The translations under genes were made by a program, and so were the position numbers. This document shows positions 17,585 to 23,951 of a stretch of 34,372 nucleotides of DNA, one piece after another. Source of the stretch: Anaerolineae bacterium (GTDB taxonomy: Bacteria; Chloroflexota; Anaerolineae; UBA4142); NCBI GenBank assembly GCA_026417715.1, contig JAOACU010000001.1:1-34372 (forward strand). Direction: 5' to 3'. How positions within the stretch are numbered: the first letter of the stretch is position 1; each line of letters opens with the position of its first letter. Under the pieces are notes generated by a model. The model saw only the letters and a list, made by a program, of their open reading frames with translations. It did no database searches and was not told the origin of the DNA.

Positions 17585-18048
17585 AACTACCTGACGATGT
17601 GCGCGCGTTTCTCGCCGCGCACAATACGCTGACCCTCGCCACCGTGAACGATGATGGCACACCGCACGCGTGCGATTTGTTCTACGCGCAAGTGGGCACT
17701 ACCTTCTACTTTCTCTCCGATCCACAAACGCGCCACGTTCACAATTTGACGCGCGAGCCGCGAGTCGCTGTGACGATTCACGGCGACGCGCGCGGTTGGC
17801 AAGAGATTCGCGGTGTGCAGATAATCGGCATTGCCGCGCGCGTGACTCGTCGCACAGAACGCGCGCGCGCGTTCGCGGCATACATACGCAAGTACGCCTT
17901 TGTGCGCGCAATGTTACCGCGTGTCGAGATGTTAGGTCGCGCGCATCCGACGTTCGGTGTGGTTGAGTTGTACAAAATCGTACCGCGCTGGGTGCGCTGG
18001 ATTGACAACACGCGTAGATTCGGATATAAGTATGTTATCCAAGCGTGA
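17581..18048 (+). CDS. pyridoxamine 5'-phosphate oxidase-family (FMN-binding split barrel) protein
   Basis: 155 aa. The [19 protein letters not shown] pattern and overall size fit the PNPOx-like family. Its GTG start overlaps the ubiX stop (GTGA). Confidence 0.75.
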   Translation: MKLPDDVRAFLAAHNTLTLATVNDDGTPHACDLFYAQVGTTFYFLSDPQTRHVHNLTREPRVAVTIHGDARGWQEIRGVQIIGIAARVTRRTERARAFAAYIRKYAFVRAMLPRVEMLGRAHPTFGVVELYKIVPRWVRWIDNTRRFGYKYVIQA

Positions 18049-18233
18049 CTCTATCCAAGTTTGAATCGTGGATGAGGTGGCGCGTTCGCGCGGCATCCCG
18101 ATTCGGTTGCCCAAAGGAGGTGTGTATGGCAGAAGCCAAAGATGGTTGTGTCAAACCTGCACGCGGGATCATTGCTCCCGCAATTCAAACAACGACTCCT
18201 GCGGGAGTCACAACAACTCAGGAGGTGAAAACG

Positions 18234-18824
18234 ATGCTCGCACGTGTTGGCAAACCCGCGCCCGATTTTGAAGCGAACGCGTTCATCGGCGAAGGGTTCA
18301 AACCCATCAAACTCTCGGATTACAAAGGCAAGTGGGTCGTCCTGTGCTTTTATCCCGGCGACTTTACCTTCGTCTGACCGACCGAACTCGCGGCGGTCGC
18401 CGCGCGATACGATGAATTCAAAGCGCTGGGTGTCGAAATTCTCGCGATGAGCACGGATAGTCGCTTTGTGCACAAGATTTGGCAAGAGCAAGAATTGTCC
18501 AAGATGGTGCAAGGCGGCGTGCCTTTCCCGATGTTGACCGATGCCGGCGGTAAGATTGGCACTGCGTACGGCGTGTACGATGAAGACGCAGGCGTGGACA
18601 TTCGCGGACGATTTATCATTGATCCCGATGGCGTCATTATGGCGATGGAAGTGCTCACGCCCGAAGTCGGTCGCAATCCCGATGAGTTGATTCGCCAAAT
18701 CAAAGCGTATCAACACGTCAAAAAGACGGGCGAAGTCACACCTTCTGGTTGGCAACCCGGTCAACCGACGTTGAAGCCAGGTCCCGCACTCGTGGGCAAA
18801 GTGTGGGAGGTTTGGAAGCCGTAG
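18234..18824 (+). CDS. peroxiredoxin (AhpC/Prx1 type) with an in-frame UGA at the peroxidatic position, a probable selenocysteine peroxiredoxin
   Basis: Two tracked ORFs (18045..18377 and 18447..18824) share one frame and are separated only by TGA 18375-18377, with no other stop between them. The joined protein reads ..[14 protein letters not shown][TGA]PTELAA.., STDS.F.H..W, RG.FIIDP.G, GRN.DE..R. ATG 18234 follows GGAGGTG at 18221-18227. Confidence 0.85.
18389..18404 (+). promoter_or_regulatory. candidate bacterial SECIS stem-loop
   Basis: CGCGGC-GGTC-GCCGCG is a perfect 6-bp stem that starts exactly 11 nt after the UGA. Its GGUC apical loop resembles the E. coli fdhF minimal SECIS as I recall it. 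Confidence 0.6.
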
Positions 18825-18825
18825 T

Positions 18826-18870
18826 TGGAGATTGGAGAATAGAGGTTAGAGAATAGAGATTGGAGATTGA
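18826..18870. repeat. tandem heptamer array GATTGGA/GAATAGA, about 6 units
   Basis: gattgga gaataga ggttaga gaataga gattgga gattgaa, immediately after the prx stop. Confidence 0.85.
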
Positions 18871-18906
18871 AGACCTGAAGGGTTTTGAATCCTTCGGGTC
18901 TTTTTG
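18871..18906 (+). terminator. rho-independent terminator of the peroxiredoxin gene
   Basis: agacctgaagg-gttttgaat-ccttcgggtct is an 11-bp stem with one G:U pair, followed by tttttgcatttt. Confidence 0.7.
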
Positions 18907-18956
18907 CATTTTCGCGCTAACGCGTGTAAATTTGATGACGAAAGGATGCAAGTGCA

Positions 18957-19712
18957 GTGAATCTTTTCGATGCGTTGCTTGCCGCGCTGCCCGATGGAAA
19001 AATTCGCGAGGTGCGCGTGGGTGCGTTTTGGACGGCGGTTGTGGCTGAAGTGAATGGCGCGATGCGCTGTGGTCTCGCGGCAACGTTTTTCAACACTGCC
19101 GATCAGTACCCTGCCGATCAACCCGATGTGCGCGACGCAGGCAACTTGCTTGCGCGCGATGCACGCGCGCTCGCTGAACTCGCGCGCGCGTCGAGTCGGT
19201 TGGAAGCATCCATCGGTGTCGCAACGATCAACGCACTGTTGCCACCACCGCGCGAACTGTGCGCGAACATCAATGCAGAAGAGATAATCGCGCGCGAAGG
19301 CGCGGGCAAACGCGTTGCGCTCGTCGGTCATTTTCCATTTGTGTCGCGTCTGCGCGAGCGCGTGGGGACGTTGTGGGTGTTGGAAGAGCAACCGCGCGGC
19401 GATGATTTACCCGCGAACGCCGCGACCGAAATCATCCCACAAGCCGATGTGCTCGCGCTTACCGGCACAACAATCATCAACCACACGTTCGAGGCGTTGA
19501 TGGCATTGCGACGCGCGGACGCGCGCGTGCTCGTGTTGGGTCCCAGCACACCGCTCTCGCCGATTCTGTTCGAGTACGGCGTGGACATTCTTTCGGGTGC
19601 AATCGTCGAGAATGTGGATGCGGTGTTGCGTGGCGTGAGCGAAGGCGCAACCTTTCGCCAACTGCATCGTTTGGGCGTACGGTTAGTAACGCTGGCGCGC
19701 GACCACACGTAA
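18957..19712 (+). CDS. DUF364/DUF4213-family protein (Rossmann-like, putative metal-chelation family)
   Basis: 251 aa. The RVALVGHFPFV....VLE.....GD.P......ILPQADV.A.TG.T.INHT pattern is typical of DUF364. GTG start. Confidence 0.7.
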   Translation: MNLFDALLAALPDGKIREVRVGAFWTAVVAEVNGAMRCGLAATFFNTADQYPADQPDVRDAGNLLARDARALAELARASSRLEASIGVATINALLPPPRELCANINAEEIIAREGAGKRVALVGHFPFVSRLRERVGTLWVLEEQPRGDDLPANAATEIIPQADVLALTGTTIINHTFEALMALRRADARVLVLGPSTPLSPILFEYGVDILSGAIVENVDAVLRGVSEGATFRQLHRLGVRLVTLARDHT

Positions 19713-19720
19713 GGGCATCC

Positions 19721-19815
19721 CCAGAAATCGCCTCAACGAATGGCAACGAATAAACGAATGAGCACCGCGCAGATTCGTTGATTCGTTCAGGATTCATTGA
19801 GGCGGATTTCCAGAA
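19721..19815. repeat. long imperfect palindrome built from AACGAAT / ATTCGTT units
   Basis: Left arm: ccagaaatcgcctcaacgaatggcaacgaataaacgaatg. Right arm: cagattcgttgattcgttcaggattcattgaggcggatttccagaa. The arms are approximate reverse complements. Confidence 0.6.
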
Positions 19816-19892
19816 TCAAACTTGAATATCTTATAGAACCTCTTTTTCCCAAAAGAGCGATGCCCAATTAAGGCGACTCAGGGCCGTCCCTA

Positions 19893-19992
19893 CCTTTCGC
19901 GCCCTTTCGCGCCCTTTCGCGTCCTTTCGCGTCCTTTCGCGCCCTTTCGCGTCCTTTCGCGTCCTTTCGTACTCTTTCGCGTTTCTTTCGCG
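19893..19992. repeat. 10-bp tandem repeat CCTTTCGCGY, 10 units (7 near-perfect, 3 degenerate)
   Basis: Direct reading gives cctttcgcgc x2, ..gcgt x2, ..gcgc, ..gcgt x2, then degenerate units. Partial inverted copies cgcgaaa / cgaaacgcgaaat follow at 19999-20027. Confidence 0.92.
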
Positions 19993-20044
19993 TCTGCCGC
20001 GCGAAAATCGTGACCGAAACGCGAAATTTCCAAAAGGCAAACGA

Positions 20045-20737
20045 ATGATGGATTGGATTCTCTTCGTGTCGCGCTGGTTCGGCTCCGCCGTGTGCCATCA
20101 ATTTCACGATCACTCGTACCAGATTGCGGGTGTGCCGTTGCCGTTGTGCGCGCGTTGTACGGGAATGTATCTGGGTGCGCTGCTCACGTTGATTTTTCAC
20201 GCGTGGCGGCATCCGCGCGCCAGCGGCGCGCCGCGCGCGTGGGTGTTGTTCGCACTGGTGCTGTTTTTCTTTGCGTGGGCAGGTGACGGCGCCAACTCGT
20301 TCGCCGCGACGTTGGCGCGCCTGCCACATCTCTACCCACCACAAAATATTCTGCGCCTCGTCACGGGAACGCTGATGGGCATTACCATCGGCAGTTTGGT
20401 GTTCATCATTTTCAACGCGATGCTGTGGCGCGCGCCGAATCCCGCTTCGATTTTCGCAACGCGTCGCGAATTCTTCGCGCTCGTCGCGTTGGGCGCGCTC
20501 CTCGTGCTGATCGTTCAGGGCGAGTTCGATCTGTTGTTGTATCCACTCAATCTCGCAAGTCTCGTTGCGATTCTCGCGTTGCACACGATCTTGGTGACGG
20601 CGTTCCTCGCGAATCTGACGCGCCCGGCGTCGAATTGGCGACAGGCATTGCCGCTCTTTGCGCTCAGCGCGTTGATCGCGCTGGCGTATCTTTCAGCGAT
20701 TGCATTTTTGCGCGCGTGGTTGTTGCCGGGGTTGTGA
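20045..20737 (+). CDS. DUF2085-family integral membrane protein
   Basis: The N-terminal CHQ....S......PLCARCTG.YLG signature is followed by several hydrophobic helices. Confidence 0.72.
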   Translation: MMDWILFVSRWFGSAVCHQFHDHSYQIAGVPLPLCARCTGMYLGALLTLIFHAWRHPRASGAPRAWVLFALVLFFFAWAGDGANSFAATLARLPHLYPPQNILRLVTGTLMGITIGSLVFIIFNAMLWRAPNPASIFATRREFFALVALGALLVLIVQGEFDLLLYPLNLASLVAILALHTILVTAFLANLTRPASNWRQALPLFALSALIALAYLSAIAFLRAWLLPGL

Positions 20738-20741
20738 ATCA

Positions 20742-20772
20742 GACCTCACAGGTCCCAAAGACCTGTGAGGTC
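20742..20772 (+). terminator. 13-bp perfect hairpin (solo copy of the family-1 palindrome core) after the DUF2085 gene
   Basis: gacctcacaggtc-ccaaa-gacctgtgaggtc. These are the same arms as the centre of the elements at 4304-4396 and 32309-32398. There is no U-tract. Confidence 0.55.
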
Positions 20773-20822
20773 AACTAGAGAGCTCCATCGTCCGCGCGCG
20801 CGGACGGTGTGTGGAGTTGCCA

Positions 20823-22541
20823 ATGCGTCGTTTTTTTACCCCTCCTGTCATTCCGCGACCTGCTTTCCAAGTCGGCGATGCGCTGATTCTTTTCGGCGTG
20901 ATCGTCGTGCTGTACGTTGGCGTACGGCTGGCATTTGCTGCACCCGCTGTTGTGCGCGGTCCTGAGATTGATCTCGCGCCGACAAGTTTGCCGTGGTACG
21001 CCGCGCTTTCCGTCGGACGTATGTTTGCCGCGTATCTGCTTTCGATGACGTTCACCCTCATCGTTGGCTATGCCGCCGCGCGGCATCGTACTGCCGAGAT
21101 GATCATCTTGCCGATTCTCGATGTTTTGCAATCAGTGCCGATTCTCTCGTTTCTCCCCGTCGTTGTGTTGAGTCTCACCGCGATCTTGCCCGAAGATTTT
21201 GCGGTTGAACTGGGTTCGATCGTTTTGATTTTTACGAGTCAAGCGTGGAATCTCACGTTCAGTTTCTATCAATCGCTCAAGACTGTGCCAAGCGATTTGC
21301 GCGAGGCGGCGCAGATTTTTCGGTTGAACGCGTGGTTGCGCTTTCGCACGCTGGAACTTCCGTTTGCTGGCATTCCGTTGCTCTGGAACAGTATGATGAG
21401 TTGGGCAGGCGGTTGGTTCTTTCTGATGGCGGCGGAAATTTTTACCGTCGGCGAACGCGACTTTCGATTGGCGGGCTTGGGCGCGTACTTGCAAACTGCC
21501 GCGCACGCGGGCGATGTCACTGCAATCGTGTGGGGACTCGCCGCGCTCGTCGCGGTGATTGTGTTGCTCGATCAACTCGTTTGGCGACCGTTGCTCGCGT
21601 GGGCAGACAAATTCAAACTCGAAATGGTCGAAGCGGACGAGCCACCCGAATCGTGGGCGTACGATGTGTGGCAACGTTCGCGCTTGGGACGCGCCTTTTA
21701 CGCGCGCGTGCGGCGTCCATTTCTCGAATGGCTGGATGCGCGCGCCTCGAATCTACTAGCAACGGTGCGCGTCCGTGAGAATCGCGTATCGTGGTTATCG
21801 CGTGGATTGCTCGGCATCCTCGCGCTCGTCATCATCGGCGCGTTCATCTGGGGGATGGGACAAGCGATCACACTCTTGATGCGCTTGCCGCTCGAGGCGT
21901 GGACGCAAATCGCGCTGGGTGCGCTGGCATCGTTCGTGCGCGTGGTCGTTGCACTTCTGATTGCGCTCGCGTGGACAGTGCCGCTTGGTGTGACCATCGG
22001 TTTGAATCGGCGTATCGCCGCGATTTTGCAACCGATTGTCCAAGTGGTTGCCGCGATTCCCGCCACTGCACTCTTTCCGATTGTGCTCGTCATCCTGATT
22101 CGCGCGGCGGGTGGCTTGGACATTGCCGCGATTTTGTTGATGCTGATGGGAACGCAATGGTACTTGCTCTTTAACGTCATTGCGGGCGCGGCGGCGATTC
22201 CGCAGGATTTGATTTACACAACCGAGACGCTGGGGATTCGCGGTTGGGAGAAATGGCGCACGTTGATTCTACCCGCGCTCTTTCCGTACTTGATTACAGG
22301 AATGATTACAGCGACGGGCGGTAGTTGGAACGCGACGATTGTCGCCGAGTACGTCACCTTTGGCGGACAAACCCTTCAAACGATTGGCTTGGGCGCGTTG
22401 ATTGCCGGTGCGACCGCGCAAGGCGATTACGCGCTCTTGCTCGCGGCGACTGTGACGATGATCACGATTGTAGTGGTGTTGAATCGCGCGTTCTGGCGAC
22501 GCTTGTATCGCGCGGCGGAAGAGCGGTATCGGATGGACTGA
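20823..22541 (+). CDS. ABC transporter permease with duplicated BPD-type permease domains (nitrate/sulfonate/bicarbonate-like anion family)
   Basis: About 570 aa with two internally similar multi-helix halves and EAA-like loops (LREAAQIFRL.. and TETLGIRGWEKWRTLILP). ATG 20823 has GGAG 6 nt upstream. The track starts at GTG 20811. Confidence 0.82.
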   Translation: MRRFFTPPVIPRPAFQVGDALILFGVIVVLYVGVRLAFAAPAVVRGPEIDLAPTSLPWYAALSVGRMFAAYLLSMTFTLIVGYAAARHRTAEMIILPILDVLQSVPILSFLPVVVLSLTAILPEDFAVELGSIVLIFTSQAWNLTFSFYQSLKTVPSDLREAAQIFRLNAWLRFRTLELPFAGIPLLWNSMMSWAGGWFFLMAAEIFTVGERDFRLAGLGAYLQTAAHAGDVTAIVWGLAALVAVIVLLDQLVWRPLLAWADKFKLEMVEADEPPESWAYDVWQRSRLGRAFYARVRRPFLEWLDARASNLLATVRVRENRVSWLSRGLLGILALVIIGAFIWGMGQAITLLMRLPLEAWTQIALGALASFVRVVVALLIALAWTVPLGVTIGLNRRIAAILQPIVQVVAAIPATALFPIVLVILIRAAGGLDIAAILLMLMGTQWYLLFNVIAGAAAIPQDLIYTTETLGIRGWEKWRTLILPALFPYLITGMITATGGSWNATIVAEYVTFGGQTLQTIGLGALIAGATAQGDYALLLAATVTMITIVVVLNRAFWRRLYRAAEERYRMD

Positions 22542-22553
22542 ACGGAGGCAACG

Positions 22554-23840
22554 ATGGCACAAAACGGAGTCTTGCTGGAACTGCGAGGAGTCGGAAAATT
22601 TTACGGACGTGGTGAACGACGCATTGATGCCGTAGCCAACGTGAACTTTGTGATTCGCGAGGGTGAGTTTGTTGCGCTGTTGGGTCCCTCGGGTTGTGGC
22701 AAGTCCACGCTACTACGCATCATCACTGGACTCGCGCCTGCCAGCGCGGGCGAAGTGTTGTATCGCGGCGAGCCGTTGCGCGGTGTCAATCCACACGCGA
22801 CGATTGTCTTTCAAACATTCGCGCTCTACCCTTGGCTCACGGTGCAGGCAAACGTCGAAGTCGCGTTGAAAGCGCGCGGCGTTCCACCTGACGCGCGCCG
22901 CGAACGCGCACTCAAGTTGATTGACCTCGTTGGTCTCGATGGTTTCGAGTCGGCGTATCCGCGCGAATTATCGGGTGGGATGCGGCAGAAGGTTGGGTTT
23001 GCGCGCGCGCTCGCGGTCGAACCGGAATTGTTGTGCCTCGATGAACCATTCTCCGCGCTCGATGTCTTGTCGGCAGAAGCGTTGCGCGGTGAATTGATGG
23101 AGTTGTGGACAAGTCGCGCGATGCCGACGCGCGCGATTTTGCTCGTCACGCACAACATCGAAGAAGCGGTGTTTATGGCGGATCGGATTATCGTGATGGA
23201 CAAAGACCCCGGACGCGTGATCAACGAAGTCGAAGTCACACTGCCGCATCCGCGTCATCGCAAAGATTTGCGTTTTCTTGCGATGGTGGATCGCGTCTAT
23301 GCGGCAGTCGCGGGCGAAACACCCAAAGATGTGACGATGCTGGGTGTTGCACCAGACGAAGCCGGCAAAACCGAAATGTTGCCACACGCACCAATCAATG
23401 CGATTGCCGGTTTGGTCGAGCATCTGGCAGAGGAAGGCAAGCGCGTGGATATGTATCGGGTGGGTGATGATTTGGGAATGGAACTCGACGATTTTTTGCC
23501 GACGGTGGAAGCCGCAGAACTACTGGGCTTTGTGACCGTGCAAGAAGGCGATATTACACTCACGCCGCTCGGCCAAACGTTTGCCGGCACGACAATCATC
23601 GCGCGCAAGGAAATTTTTGCGCAACGGATTCGTCATCAACCGACGATTCGTTGGATCATCGAAGAGTTGCAAGCCGCTGAGGAGCATCGCCTAGCCGAAG
23701 AATTTTTCTTGGAGACGCTGCAACGCCACTTTACACCCGACGAAGCGGAACGGCAGTTGGACATCGCGATCAATTGGGGTCGCTACGCCGAAGTGTTCGA
23801 GTTCGACGACGATCGCGACGAGTTGTATCTGCCTATCTGA
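22554..23840 (+). CDS. ABC transporter ATP-binding protein (NitT/TauT-like) with a C-terminal AAA-associated domain
   Basis: Walker A is GPSGCGKST, the signature is LSGGMRQKV, Walker B is LLCLDEPFSALD and the H-loop is VTHN. An extra ~170-aa C-terminal domain follows. GGAGG lies upstream of the ATG. Confidence 0.9.
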   Translation: MAQNGVLLELRGVGKFYGRGERRIDAVANVNFVIREGEFVALLGPSGCGKSTLLRIITGLAPASAGEVLYRGEPLRGVNPHATIVFQTFALYPWLTVQANVEVALKARGVPPDARRERALKLIDLVGLDGFESAYPRELSGGMRQKVGFARALAVEPELLCLDEPFSALDVLSAEALRGELMELWTSRAMPTRAILLVTHNIEEAVFMADRIIVMDKDPGRVINEVEVTLPHPRHRKDLRFLAMVDRVYAAVAGETPKDVTMLGVAPDEAGKTEMLPHAPINAIAGLVEHLAEEGKRVDMYRVGDDLGMELDDFLPTVEAAELLGFVTVQEGDITLTPLGQTFAGTTIIARKEIFAQRIRHQPTIRWIIEELQAAEEHRLAEEFFLETLQRHFTPDEAERQLDIAINWGRYAEVFEFDDDRDELYLPI

Positions 23841-23951
23841 GTATCACACCTCGTACGTAATTTGCTTGTGCGCGCAGGATTCGCTATAATTTTGACGAAA
23901 GACCAAAGACGAACGACGAAGGCATTCATCGTTCGTCCTAGGAGTGAAGGT

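Noticed and set aside
18051-18764. 237-aa minus-strand ORF.
   Set aside because: It is antisense to the peroxiredoxin gene, and I see no motifs or RBS.
18045-18824. Peroxiredoxin read as a pseudogene broken by a nonsense mutation, seen as two ORF fragments in the track.
   Set aside because: The single TGA sits exactly at the catalytic Cys codon and a SECIS-like hairpin follows at the canonical spacing. The rest of the frame, the RBS and the terminator are intact. A selenocysteine reading is more parsimonious, though it remains unproven without the sel genes.
19868-20584. 238-aa minus-strand ORF with KGRERARKDA repeats.
   Set aside because: It is a translation of the 10-bp tandem array plus the antisense strand of the DUF2085 gene. 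It has a low-complexity Arg-rich composition and no RBS.
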